NCBI GenBank assembly: GCA_041082215.1
Contig: JBDOIF010000118.1
Location: forward strand, 62,001-117,067
DNA: 55,067 nucleotides
Reading direction: 5' to 3'
Source of the DNA: Anaerolineae bacterium
Lineage (GTDB): Bacteria; Chloroflexota; Anaerolineae; B4-G1; DUEL01
Shown: in pieces, positions 36,644 through 46,191 of the stretch
Layout: every line of letters starts with the position of its first letter
Numbering within the stretch: the first letter of the stretch is position 1
Position numbers and translations under genes: made by a program
The notes under the pieces: generated by a model
What the model was told of the DNA's origin: nothing
The model's database searches: none
The model's input: the letters and a program-made list of their open reading frames with translations, nothing else

Positions 36644-37047
36644 CGCTCTCCCGCCTCTTCCCTTTTTCCCGGCGGACTCAGGAACGCTCTCACCTGGTCG
36701 GGGAAGGCGCGGGTATCTATCGGCTTGGTGATGTAGCCGTCGCAGCCAGCGGAGAGGGCCCGTTCCTGCTCCTCGGCCATAGCGTGGGCGGTGAGGGCCA
36801 CGATGGGGATGTCCGCCGTCTCCGGCTGTGACTTCAGGTGTCGGGTGGCGCTGTAGCCATCCATTTTCGGCAGCCCCATATCCATCAGAATGAGGTCAGG
36901 CCGCTCGCGGGCAGCCACCTCGATCGCCTCCAGGCCATCCACAGCGACGAGCAGCCGATAGCCGAGAGGTCGGAGGATCGTCTCGACCAGCTTCCGATTC
37001 AGGGGGCTATCCTCAACGACCAGAATGGTCTCTCCGGCCACGGTCAC
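36640..37047 (-). CDS. Single-domain response regulator (DivK-like)
   Basis: VVED, LMDMGLP.MDG, ALTAHAM, YITKPID; overlaps the kinase start. Confidence 0.93.
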   Translation of the reverse strand: MTVAGETILVVEDSPLNRKLVETILRPLGYRLLVAVDGLEAIEVAARERPDLILMDMGLPKMDGYSATRHLKSQPETADIPIVALTAHAMAEEQERALSAGCDGYITKPIDTRAFPDQVRAFLSPPGKREEAGER

Positions 37048-37111
37048 CTCCCCGCCTGCAGGCTGAAGGCCAGTTGGGGGAATGCCTCACTCCTTCCCGT
37101 CGCCGCTATAA

Positions 37112-37140
37112 ATTATATCATAAAACAAGGGGGGTGTCTA
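37112..37140 (-). promoter_or_regulatory. Sigma70-type promoter for the RR-HK pair
   Basis: TAGACA, 17 bp, TATAAT, with a TG extension. Confidence 0.7.
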
Positions 37141-37189
37141 CAGAAGCCATCGGCGGGTATTCACAGAAGGTGCTCAGCGCCCTCGGCGG

Positions 37190-40100
37190 TCAATTCTTCA
37201 CCTCGTAGATTTTGACCCCATCCTGATTGTAGACCAGCCGCAGGCCCTCCATCGTGCCGAACTTGGAAAGGCCTCTGGGGTTGTAGTACAACCGCTCATA
37301 GGGGCCGATATATACATAACGGACGCCGTACTTCTCGATGATCGCCCGGGCGCGGGCTATGTCGGAGGTGTTGTAGCACTCGTTGACGTCCAGTTGCCGC
37401 TGCTCCACCTCCCCGGCCCCCGCCGCCATCCGTTGTTGCACCTGATGCCAGCGCCATCCAACTACGGAGGGGAGGCCCGTGTAGATGGAAACGCGGTTCC
37501 CCCACAGATACTCCCGCGCCCCCAACCCTTCCAGCACCACCGGCGACCCCTCGATGTTCTCCTGCATCCAGAGGATGGCCCGGTAATCCGGCTCCAGCTC
37601 CACCTCCCCCTGTATGTCCCAGATGCGGCCCGAGGCCATATAGGCCATCCCGTCGAGGGTCGGAGCGGTCTCCACGATCCGGTCCTTCACCTTTGCCGGG
37701 ATGCTCATCACAGGGAAGAGGGCCATCCCCGCGATCAGCACCCCCATCGCTGCCCACCACGCCTGCCGGGCGTCAATCGTCCAGTTCTCCATCCGTTCGT
37801 CCAGCCAGACCAGGGCGACCGCTGCCCCCACCGCCAGCGAGGTCCACACCTGAAGGTAGAACTTGAAGACGGTGTTCATCCGTCCGATGTCCCCCTCCAG
37901 CACGACGACCTCCACCAGCAGGCTGAGCCCCAGCGCCAGGCCGGTCAGCAACCAGACGATCCGCCGCTCGACCGGCAGCCCCCCATTCACCGCCAGGCCC
38001 GCCGCCACGGCTGCGACAGGAAGGGCCACCAGCGCAACCGGCAGCCCGCCCCAGGCCAGGACCAGCCCGAACACCAGCAGGCCGATCCCCACCGCCAGCA
38101 TAAGCTGGCGCGGCCTCCCCGGCCCCGTCCCCCCAGCCCATCTGAACAGTCGCCGAATGTCTCCCCCAAGGAGGGTGAGGAGAGGAAAGAGGAACTGGCC
38201 GATTAAAAGGAGGTAAATGTCCAGCGGTGTCCTGGGACCGCTCCAGATTTGCAACCGGCTGTAGGCAGTTATGTAATTCCGAATGTAGGGCAGGAACAGC
38301 AGTACCGTCAGGGCCGCCAATCCCGCCCCCTGAAGGAGAAACTGTGAAAGCGCCCGCTTCGATCCCTTCCCCTTCCAATCCACTCCCAGCGCCAGCCCTG
38401 CCAGCCCCAGCAACAGATAGGTGGGGTAATCCCACGTATTGATCGCCCGCAGGCTCCCGATGACCAGCCCGCCCATCAGCAGGGACAGCACCTGTCGTCG
38501 TCCTCGCCCCATCCCCCGCGCCCAGTCCAGCGCCACGGCCAGGACACAGAGCGTGTAGGGAATGGCAAACATATGGGCATGGGGGTCGCCATAAAGAAAG
38601 GTGAAAGCCGGAAACTCGGTGATCGGCCCCACCCCACTGGCATCCGGGGGGATCATCCGCGTGGGGTCCCAGTAGGGGGTCTCCGGGCGGAAGGGAAGCT
38701 GCGCTCCCTTCAGAACCATCCCCAATCCCCGCAGCGTCTGCAAAAGCTCCGGCAGGCCGGGGATGGAGCTCTGGAAGGTCGGCTCGCCGGCCAGAAGGCG
38801 GAAGCCGTTGACCAGCAGACGGACCTCCCCCAGGTTCCCCAGCACCAGGACGAAGAGGACCGCCATAAACCCGGCGGCGTACCGGCGGCCTGTCCCCCCC
38901 TCCTGACCGGCCAGATTGAAGGCAACGGAGAAAGCCGCCCCGCCCACCAGCGCGTAGAAGAGGACCAGCGCCAGGTTGTAGGCGATGGAGGGCATGATCC
39001 CCAGAAGTTTCGTCAGGGAAGCGACCAGGACAAAGCCGAAGTAGTAGTAGTTGATGTAACCGCCCGCGAACCAGGGGTCGTAGGGAGGGAACCAGGTGGA
39101 TTTGATGACAGCGTTCAGATAGGCGAAGTCCATCGGCTTCTCCCCGCCGACCACCGGATGCCACAGGTCGGGGTTAAGCGACCGCACCCAGGCCCAGGCG
39201 ATGAACAGGACGAGGAACAGCCCCTCGTAAACCAGGATCGGCTCCCTTCGTTCCCGCAGGAAGGCCCGCAGCCCGGCCCACTCCCGCCTGGCGACGGCTC
39301 CCCCGCCCCCCGCAAGTAGCAACATAGCCAGCAGGACCGTGCCGCGCGTGTTGGGCAGCAGGTGCAGGCTGGCCATCAGCCAGGTGAGATACCCCACCAC
39401 CAGAAGCCCCAGCGCCCGCGCCAGCCCGTACCCCCGGTCCTGAAGACGGGGCAGAGCGACGAACAGCAGCGGGAAGGCCAGCCAGCCGAGGGCCGCCACC
39501 GCCAGATACCAGACCACCGCCGCGAGCACGGAGGAGCGGTTGAGGAGGCTCTGCCGGTCAAACATCTCCGACCAGGTCCCCCCTGCCTGCTGCTCCGCCC
39601 AGGTCTCCGGATCGAGCACCGGCTCCCGCACCCTGCGCCCGGCCTGCCGGGGCGTCACCCAGACCACGTGGTCCAGCAACGAGGCGGGGAGCAGGGCCTG
39701 CGCCCGCTGGCGGGAGTAGGCTTCCGTCTTGCGGAAGATCAGCACACGGGGATGGTCATAGACGCTGAAAGCCTCCTCTGCCGGCGGCAACGATACGGAG
39801 ATGGGAGCAGCCCGATACTGATAGAGTGCCTCGGGTACGGGGAATGGTTCCTCCGTATCCGGGAACTGGAAGGGGCCGACAGCGGGGTAAGAGGTGAAGT
39901 CGGCTACCAGCTCGAACCCCAACTCCCCACTGAAGAGGGCTTTGTAGTAAGCGACGGTCAACGGGTAGCGGGTAGGCAGGCGGGGGATGGAGGCGTAGAG
40001 CCGGTTGCTGCCGATAATGATGTAGTCCGCCTCATCCAGCCAGTTGAGGAGGGCCTCCCGCTTCTCCAGCGTATCGTCGTAATAGAGCTGCAGGGTCCCA

Positions 40101-41971
40101 TCGGAGCTGGTGGAAAGCCCCCGATACATCCCTCCGAAGGGGTCGTAGCCATCCACCCGCAGCGGCGGCGGCCAATCCCAGTGCTCCGTGGCAAGGACCG
40201 AAGTGAAGAGCTGGATCGGCCCTCCCTCCACCGTCTCCACGATCAGATAATAGGTTGTCCCGGCCAGAAGACGCTGCGGGGCCATCGGGAAGGTGAACGC
40301 CTGCCCCCGCTGACCTTCCCCCACCCGCAGGGGAGGCGGCTCGATCGGCAGGGTCGCCTCAGCCATCACCGCCCTGCCGCCCGGGTCGGCCGCCACCATC
40401 ACCCAAACCCATTCCGGCTCCGGGTCCCCACCGACATCCACCACATAATTGAGCGTGACCCCCCTCAGGTCCGCCTCCTGGTCCACCCGGAACGGCGCGG
40501 TCACCGGGACCCCTTCACTGGCGATGCTACCGCCTGCCAGACTGACCGGGACCTGATCCGTGCCGTCGGCGGTCTGGAGCTGGATTGTAGCTGCGGTGGG
40601 GATGTTTTCAAAGATCCAGCGGGATGCAGCGATGCGGGTGTGCGGGCGGATATAGACAGAAAGAAGGGCCACCGCCCACAGCAAAGCCCCCCCAACGGTT
40701 ACCCCCGCCATCACCCAGGGGCCGGCCCTCCGCCTGCTCCGCTCCCACAGCCATACCACCAGCCAGGCGGCGAGGAGGACAAAGGCGGGATAGACGGGCA
40801 ACAGATACCGCACCGACTTCACCCATTGCGTGCCCTGATAGAGAAAATAGCCGGTAGCCCAGACCCAGACCAGCAGGAAGGGGGAGAGCACACGCTGACG
40901 CAGCCATCGGCGGGCCGACTCCACCCCCGCCACCCCCCACCCGGCCCAGGCCACCAGCCCCAGGGGCAGGCCCAGCCCCCAGAAGACCATATTGATCCAG
41001 GGAAAGACCAGGGGGGTCCGGCCAGCCCACTGGTGGCCAGGATAGGTGTCCACGGAGCCAGACATCAGCCCCCGGACCTCCGCCATATTGTTCAACCATC
41101 CGGGATTAAGGCCCAGTCCCAGGAGGCCTGGCCCCATAAAGGCATACGGCTGGGCCAGGCGAAAGGCCAGCAGCGCCACCCCTCCCGCCAGCAGGAGGCG
41201 CGTCAGGGGCAACCCCGGGGGCCGACCTCCGGCCCTCCACCACCAGATTCCCCCGGCCAGGGCTACCAGCAGCCCCAGCGGCCAGACGCTGATCTTGCAG
41301 GCCATCCCCAACCCGGTCGTCAACCCGGCCAGCGCGAACGCCCCCCATCCACCGGTTTCCACTACCCGCAGCGCCAGATAGAGCGTAGCGGCGACAAAGA
41401 AGTTGGCAAAGGTGTCCACTGTGAAGAAGTGAGCCTGCTGGATGGGGAGAGCCGCCAGCGCATAAAGCAAAGCCGCCAGCAACCCCAGCCGGGAGGAGCC
41501 CATCCTTCGCCCCGCCAAGAAGATAAAGACCAGGCTTCCCAGATCGAAAAGGGCCGACAGCGCCCGCCCCACCATCCGCGCGCCGCCCCCGCTGAACGCG
41601 CCTGGAGCGCACCCCTCCACCGTCCGCCCCAGAAGGACCGGCGACAGCAGCCGCGCGGGGAGGTTGTGGGGCGATTCGCACCACCGATCCAGCCCCTCCG
41701 CCACCGCCCGGGTGACGAAAAGGGGAAGGGTCCCATACACAAAGAAAGTATAGCCCTGATTATGGGGGTTCAGCGGGGAGCTGGCCGTATCCAGGTAGAG
41801 GCGTGGATGGTCGGGCAGCCGGACCGCCGATACCACCTGTCGCAGGAACTCCTCGTCCGGGTGGATCGGCTGTCCTTCCCCCCAGCCCAGCCCCGTGAAG
41901 CGGAAAAAGGCCCCGATCAGAAGAACGCCGATCAGGAACAACGCAGTCCACAGATGGCGCAAATCTCTCAC
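37190..41971 (-). CDS. Large GT-C glycosyltransferase: PMT/ArnT-like module fused to a DUF2298 (YYY membrane protein) module
   Basis: N-terminal HPDE and AHFFTVD; second module GGEKPMDFAYLNA..PPYDPWFAGGYINYYYFG, EFP.F.FL.GD.HAH, NTWDYP, RMNTVFKFY. Confidence 0.85.
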   Translation of the reverse strand: MRDLRHLWTALFLIGVLLIGAFFRFTGLGWGEGQPIHPDEEFLRQVVSAVRLPDHPRLYLDTASSPLNPHNQGYTFFVYGTLPLFVTRAVAEGLDRWCESPHNLPARLLSPVLLGRTVEGCAPGAFSGGGARMVGRALSALFDLGSLVFIFLAGRRMGSSRLGLLAALLYALAALPIQQAHFFTVDTFANFFVAATLYLALRVVETGGWGAFALAGLTTGLGMACKISVWPLGLLVALAGGIWWWRAGGRPPGLPLTRLLLAGGVALLAFRLAQPYAFMGPGLLGLGLNPGWLNNMAEVRGLMSGSVDTYPGHQWAGRTPLVFPWINMVFWGLGLPLGLVAWAGWGVAGVESARRWLRQRVLSPFLLVWVWATGYFLYQGTQWVKSVRYLLPVYPAFVLLAAWLVVWLWERSRRRAGPWVMAGVTVGGALLWAVALLSVYIRPHTRIAASRWIFENIPTAATIQLQTADGTDQVPVSLAGGSIASEGVPVTAPFRVDQEADLRGVTLNYVVDVGGDPEPEWVWVMVAADPGGRAVMAEATLPIEPPPLRVGEGQRGQAFTFPMAPQRLLAGTTYYLIVETVEGGPIQLFTSVLATEHWDWPPPLRVDGYDPFGGMYRGLSTSSDGTLQLYYDDTLEKREALLNWLDEADYIIIGSNRLYASIPRLPTRYPLTVAYYKALFSGELGFELVADFTSYPAVGPFQFPDTEEPFPVPEALYQYRAAPISVSLPPAEEAFSVYDHPRVLIFRKTEAYSRQRAQALLPASLLDHVVWVTPRQAGRRVREPVLDPETWAEQQAGGTWSEMFDRQSLLNRSSVLAAVVWYLAVAALGWLAFPLLFVALPRLQDRGYGLARALGLLVVGYLTWLMASLHLLPNTRGTVLLAMLLLAGGGGAVARREWAGLRAFLRERREPILVYEGLFLVLFIAWAWVRSLNPDLWHPVVGGEKPMDFAYLNAVIKSTWFPPYDPWFAGGYINYYYFGFVLVASLTKLLGIMPSIAYNLALVLFYALVGGAAFSVAFNLAGQEGGTGRRYAAGFMAVLFVLVLGNLGEVRLLVNGFRLLAGEPTFQSSIPGLPELLQTLRGLGMVLKGAQLPFRPETPYWDPTRMIPPDASGVGPITEFPAFTFLYGDPHAHMFAIPYTLCVLAVALDWARGMGRGRRQVLSLLMGGLVIGSLRAINTWDYPTYLLLGLAGLALGVDWKGKGSKRALSQFLLQGAGLAALTVLLFLPYIRNYITAYSRLQIWSGPRTPLDIYLLLIGQFLFPLLTLLGGDIRRLFRWAGGTGPGRPRQLMLAVGIGLLVFGLVLAWGGLPVALVALPVAAVAAGLAVNGGLPVERRIVWLLTGLALGLSLLVEVVVLEGDIGRMNTVFKFYLQVWTSLAVGAAVALVWLDERMENWTIDARQAWWAAMGVLIAGMALFPVMSIPAKVKDRIVETAPTLDGMAYMASGRIWDIQGEVELEPDYRAILWMQENIEGSPVVLEGLGAREYLWGNRVSIYTGLPSVVGWRWHQVQQRMAAGAGEVEQRQLDVNECYNTSDIARARAIIEKYGVRYVYIGPYERLYYNPRGLSKFGTMEGLRLVYNQDGVKIYEVKN

Positions 41972-43965
41972 TCCTCCCTCCGTGCCGGGATCTCATACAC
42001 CGTGAACAGCGGCCGCCCGCCTGCCGTAGAAAAGAAGCTCTCGAGGACGCTGTCCGGAAAGGCCGACCGGATCCGGGCCAGGTCGTCCCGGTTCTCCTCC
42101 AGGACGACAAACAACGCCCCGCGGGAAAGGTCCAGCCCTTCCATCCCCTCCTCCGGCGAGAAGTCCCGCCCCTCCACGCCCCGCAACCGGAAGGCGATGG
42201 CGCCGAAGTCCCAGTACATCACCGGCGCGCCGTCGAGATAAACCGGTGGCACCTCCTCCCGCCCCTCCAGCGCATCGCAGAGGACATCGGCGACCTCCGC
42301 AGTAGGATTGCCGTAGATCCGGCGGGGGGTGTAGACGCCGAAATAGAAGCCCAGATTGATCACAACGACAATGGCCAGCACCACCCCCACCGCCCATCGG
42401 CAGGTCCTGCGGGTCGCAGAGGTATCCCCCAGTCGCCGCACCAGCCCCGTCGTCTCCACCAGCCCCACCGCCGCCAGGACCGCCGCCACCGGCGCTATTC
42501 CCACCCCCCGCTGACTGGAGGGGGGATTCTCCGTCAGGGTCCACCCCAGCAGGATCAGCGACCAGAACCACAGGAGGAGCAGGCCGTAGCCCGGGCGGCG
42601 TGCCCTGCGGGTAACGGCCACCAGCCCCAGCACAAGAAAGACGCCGGAGACCGGATCCAGAAGCGGCACACCCGGACGGTACCAGAAAGTGGGATCGGGG
42701 GTGAAATGGAAGGCAGAGACCGACTTCCAGAACTGCTGGAGCAGAAGGGCGGTGGCGCTGCGGCCGGTGACGGCCTTCGCCTGCTCCAGCCAGCCGGAGG
42801 CGAGGATGCCGACCTGGTTGTAGCGGGAAAAGAACTCCGACGGGTGGGCGATGTAGTGGAACAGGAGGGGGAAAAGAGCCACTCCTACGCCCATCAGCAG
42901 GAGGAGGATTCCCCACCCCTGCCTCCGCAGGAAGCGCGGCTCGACCAGCGCCCGCCAGCCCAGATACAGCCCCGCCACGATGGACGACAGGCGGGCGCCG
43001 AAGTAACCGTACCAGGCCAGGCCCAGCGTGAACCCGGCCAGGCCGAACCAGAAAGGGTAAACAGGCCCCACCGCGTCCCGCTCTCCCTCCCGAAGCCCGC
43101 GCAGGAGGAACCAGAGGGCCAGCGGGAGGAACAGGCCATCGGCCACCTGGTTGGAGGCCAGACGGCTGAAATGGATACTGTAATGGCCAAAGGCGATGAG
43201 GACCGCAGCGATCCACCCCACCCAGCGACCGGCCACCTCCCGCGCCAGGAGATAGGTGGCGAGCACAGTCGCTGTGCCGATGACGGCGGAAAGGGCGCGT
43301 GCTCCGGCAACCGTGGACCCGAAAAGCCGCATCCCCAGCCCGTAGGCCAGGAAGGACATCGTGGGGACGCTGTACCAGCCGGTGGAGAAGGGGTTGCCCA
43401 GGGGTGGCCCCAGCAGCCGAAGGGCCGCCAGCGCCTGGGTGCCTTCGTCGCCGCCGAAGTTGGCCGGGATCGTCTCCAGGGCCACCGCCCGGGCCAGCAG
43501 CGCGGCCAGCAGGAGAGCCGCCATCCCTCCAATCTCCAGCCGACGTGTCCGCACCCAGCCCGCCAGCCGCCCCCAACACTCCCGCTGTGGCAGGGGCATC
43601 AGCGCAGCCAGGTAGAGAAGCCCCCCCAGCGCCCAGGCGACCAGGGGAAAGGTGAAATCCGCCCCTGGAGCCGCGCGGACGGCCAGCAGCCCTGCCGCCA
43701 GCGACAGCCCTCCGCCCGCCCCCACAAGGGCCAGCCGCACCCCGACCAGACTGCAGGGCCATTGGAGCCTTCCCCAGAAAGAGAGCCTTGCCCCCCGCTC
43801 CGTCCGCCGCGCGGCAGCCGCCCACAGGAGCGCCCCTACAACGTAGAAGATCACGCCGTCCCACACGAACTCCGGCCGCCAGATAAAGTAGGCCTGCCCC
43901 AGGAGGGCAAACGCGATCCCCGCGATGAGCAGGAAAGCCGCCTGTCGTCGGCTATGCTTCTGCAT
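41968..43965 (-). CDS. GT-C (family 39/ArnT-like) glycosyltransferase
   Basis: GDE loop motif, AR.LSA..G, HFSR, PPSSQR; many TMs. Confidence 0.82.
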   Translation of the reverse strand: MQKHSRRQAAFLLIAGIAFALLGQAYFIWRPEFVWDGVIFYVVGALLWAAAARRTERGARLSFWGRLQWPCSLVGVRLALVGAGGGLSLAAGLLAVRAAPGADFTFPLVAWALGGLLYLAALMPLPQRECWGRLAGWVRTRRLEIGGMAALLLAALLARAVALETIPANFGGDEGTQALAALRLLGPPLGNPFSTGWYSVPTMSFLAYGLGMRLFGSTVAGARALSAVIGTATVLATYLLAREVAGRWVGWIAAVLIAFGHYSIHFSRLASNQVADGLFLPLALWFLLRGLREGERDAVGPVYPFWFGLAGFTLGLAWYGYFGARLSSIVAGLYLGWRALVEPRFLRRQGWGILLLLMGVGVALFPLLFHYIAHPSEFFSRYNQVGILASGWLEQAKAVTGRSATALLLQQFWKSVSAFHFTPDPTFWYRPGVPLLDPVSGVFLVLGLVAVTRRARRPGYGLLLLWFWSLILLGWTLTENPPSSQRGVGIAPVAAVLAAVGLVETTGLVRRLGDTSATRRTCRWAVGVVLAIVVVINLGFYFGVYTPRRIYGNPTAEVADVLCDALEGREEVPPVYLDGAPVMYWDFGAIAFRLRGVEGRDFSPEEGMEGLDLSRGALFVVLEENRDDLARIRSAFPDSVLESFFSTAGGRPLFTVYEIPARREE

Positions 43966-44746
43966 CCTCCCTCCCGGCGACGAAGAACCAGCAGGCCCCC
44001 TCCTGCGGCGGAGGCTCGTCGAAGAAGGGCCGCACCAGCCGTTCGGTCAGCCACAGATTCGCCCGCGACGGACACACCACCCACCTGCCGGTCAGCCGCT
44101 TCGCCACAAGGGACGGAAGCCCCAGATAGTGCCCCCACTCGAGAACAACCACCGCCCGCCGGGAGAAATAGGTCCAACACCGGACCATTCGCAGGCCGGC
44201 TGCCTCCAGCCGCATCTTCCAGACCCCCGGCCCGTCGCAGTGGTGGTGGCGGGCGATGCGGTTGAAGAAGGCCCGGTAGGCTTCTCCCACAGGATGCAGC
44301 CCCAGCCGGTCCAGCGCCCGGCCGACAGAAAGGAACGGAAGGAAGTTGGGGCCGGGCACAGAGAAGTAGAAGGCTCCGCCGGGCCGCAGCACCCGTGCTA
44401 CCTCCGCCAGCACCGGCTCCAGCCGGGGGATGTGCTCCAGGACCGAGTTGCTGACCACAGTGCCGAAAAAAGCGTCGGGGAAGGGGAGCCGGCCCCCATC
44501 GGCGCGGACCAGGAGCCGGTAGGAGCCGCGACGACGGGCCTCCCGGAGGGGGGCCGCCCACGGGTCGAGGCCGACCTCGGGAGGGCGGGGAAGGCCCACG
44601 GCGCCAAAGTGACCGTCGCCACAGCCCAGGTCCAGCACAGGTTCCCTGAGCGGCAGGTCGGTGTAGAAGCGGGCCTCGACGGCCCGCAGCAGCGCCCGAA
44701 AGGCCGGCAGATCACGCAGGTGACGCCAGAGCAGGTCCTCGGCCAC
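43952..44746 (-). CDS. Class I SAM-dependent methyltransferase
   Basis: VLDLGCGDG, LPFPD..F.TV.SNSVLEH, RVLRPGG. Confidence 0.9.
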   Translation of the reverse strand: MAEDLLWRHLRDLPAFRALLRAVEARFYTDLPLREPVLDLGCGDGHFGAVGLPRPPEVGLDPWAAPLREARRRGSYRLLVRADGGRLPFPDAFFGTVVSNSVLEHIPRLEPVLAEVARVLRPGGAFYFSVPGPNFLPFLSVGRALDRLGLHPVGEAYRAFFNRIARHHHCDGPGVWKMRLEAAGLRMVRCWTYFSRRAVVVLEWGHYLGLPSLVAKRLTGRWVVCPSRANLWLTERLVRPFFDEPPPQEGACWFFVAGREDAEA

Positions 44747-44753
44747 AGGATAG

Positions 44754-44781
44754 AGTATACCAGGAGCCGCCGCTTCGTCAA
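44754..44781 (-). promoter_or_regulatory. Promoter for the methyltransferase/GT-C operon (probably leaderless)
   Basis: TTGACG, 16 bp, TATACT with a TG extension; GTG start 7 nt downstream. Confidence 0.7.
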
Positions 44782-44857
44782 CCGGGGGGACTGGTAACGC
44801 ACATCGGCCGCTTCTGACCTGCCCCCCTCCCCCTCACCCCCCCTGGCCCCCTCCTTC

Positions 44858-45045
44858 TTTCAATTTCAGTGCGAGTGGTCCTCTCGCCCGCCAGTGGATC
44901 GCGAATTCCACGAATGGCCTGAATACAGCGAACAGGAGGGACACCTGCTCCATTCGCGGTATTCGTTTCCACTTGCGCCATTCGTGTTTCCCCAGGTCCG
45001 GCCCGGGCCAGGGACATCCCGCCCCCAGACTGAAATACACCTGGC
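44858..45045 (-). mobile_element. MITE-like dispersed repeat, copy 1
   Basis: Reverse complement aligns along its length to 50445-50632; one terminal inverted repeat is partly decayed. Confidence 0.8.
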
Positions 45046-45058
45046 CCGGAATACGGAG

Positions 45059-45087
45059 TTGCTCACAGGCCCCGGAAATGTTACAAT
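45059..45087 (+). promoter_or_regulatory. Promoter for the radical SAM gene
   Basis: TTGCTC, 17 bp, TACAAT with a TG extension; ATG at 45098. Confidence 0.6.
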
Positions 45088-45097
45088 GGACTCACCA

Positions 45098-46171
45098 ATG
45101 TTCGAGAGAGACTTTGCTTCCCCCTGTACTCTGTGCAACTCCACCGACCGGCCGGTGGCCGCACATCTGGGGGTCTGCCTGGACTGCATCCGTCGGCGCC
45201 CTGAGGAGGCGCTGACCATCGCCAAGACGGCCCACGCCGCCGCCCGCCTCCCCTTCGATCTGCCTCCCGCCCCTCCCCGCGCCGAAGGGGGCGTCCGTTG
45301 CGGCCTCTGTGGCCAGGACTGCGCCATCGGCGAAGGGGAGCGAGGGTACTGCGGGCTGCGAGAGGTCCGGGAGGGGAAGCTGCACCACCTGGCGGGCACG
45401 CCGGACCGGGGGCTGCTCCACTGGTATCGCGACCCCCTGCCCACCAACTGCGTCGCCGACTGGGTCTGCCCCGGCCACCATCAGCGGGGCAAACACAACC
45501 TGGCCGTCTTTTACGCCGCCTGCAGCTTCGACTGCCTCTACTGCCAGAACTGGCACTTTCGGGAGGTCAACCCGCTCCGGTCCGAAAAGCTGACTGCCAG
45601 CGGGTTGGCCGACGTCGCCAACCCGCGCACCTATTGTGTCTGCTATTTCGGCGGGGACCCCGCCCCCCAGATGGCCCATGCTCTGGCCGCGAGCCAGCTC
45701 CTGGCCAAGCGGGGGGTGGTTGTCTGCTGGGAGACCAACGGCAGCGGCCATCCCCGGCTGATGGACCGGGCGGTGGAGCTTTCGCTGCGGACGGGCGGCT
45801 GCGTCAAGTTCGACCTGAAGGCCTACGACGAGAACCTGCATCGGGCCCTCACCGGGGCCAGCAACCAGCGCACGCTGGAGAATTTCGCCCGCGCCGCTGT
45901 CCGCTTCAACGAACGGCCCGATCCCCCGCTTGTCATCGCTGCCACTCTTCTGGTACCCGGCTATGTGGACGCCGAGGAGGTGGGGCACATCGCCCGTTTC
46001 ATCGCCGGCTTCGACCCCCGCATCCCCTATGCCCTCCTGGCCTTCGCCCCCCACTTCTACTTTCCCGACGTGGGGTACACCACCCGTCGTCAGGCCGAAG
46101 AGGCGGAGGCGGCCGCCCACAACGCCGGCCTCACCCGCGTCCGCATCGGCAACCGACACCTGCTGGTCTAG
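45098..46171 (+). CDS. Radical SAM protein (PflA/AmmeMemoRadiSam-like) with N-terminal Cys clusters
   Basis: CSFDCLYC (CxxxCxxC), GGDP, ETNG, KFDLKA; N-terminal CxxC pairs; start 45086 or 45098. Confidence 0.88.
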   Translation: MFERDFASPCTLCNSTDRPVAAHLGVCLDCIRRRPEEALTIAKTAHAAARLPFDLPPAPPRAEGGVRCGLCGQDCAIGEGERGYCGLREVREGKLHHLAGTPDRGLLHWYRDPLPTNCVADWVCPGHHQRGKHNLAVFYAACSFDCLYCQNWHFREVNPLRSEKLTASGLADVANPRTYCVCYFGGDPAPQMAHALAASQLLAKRGVVVCWETNGSGHPRLMDRAVELSLRTGGCVKFDLKAYDENLHRALTGASNQRTLENFARAAVRFNERPDPPLVIAATLLVPGYVDAEEVGHIARFIAGFDPRIPYALLAFAPHFYFPDVGYTTRRQAEEAEAAAHNAGLTRVRIGNRHLLV

Positions 46172-46191
46172 CGGAGCCAGCCCTCCCGGCG

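Noticed and set aside
39362..42241. 959-aa plus-strand ORF
   Set aside because: Antisense shadow of the GT-C genes
44834..45097. Short ORFs in the MITE copies (also 50450-50719) and the long N-terminal extension of the radical SAM ORF from 44894
   Set aside because: Their similarity reflects the DNA repeat; no transposase motifs; a promoter at 45059-45087 favours the later start
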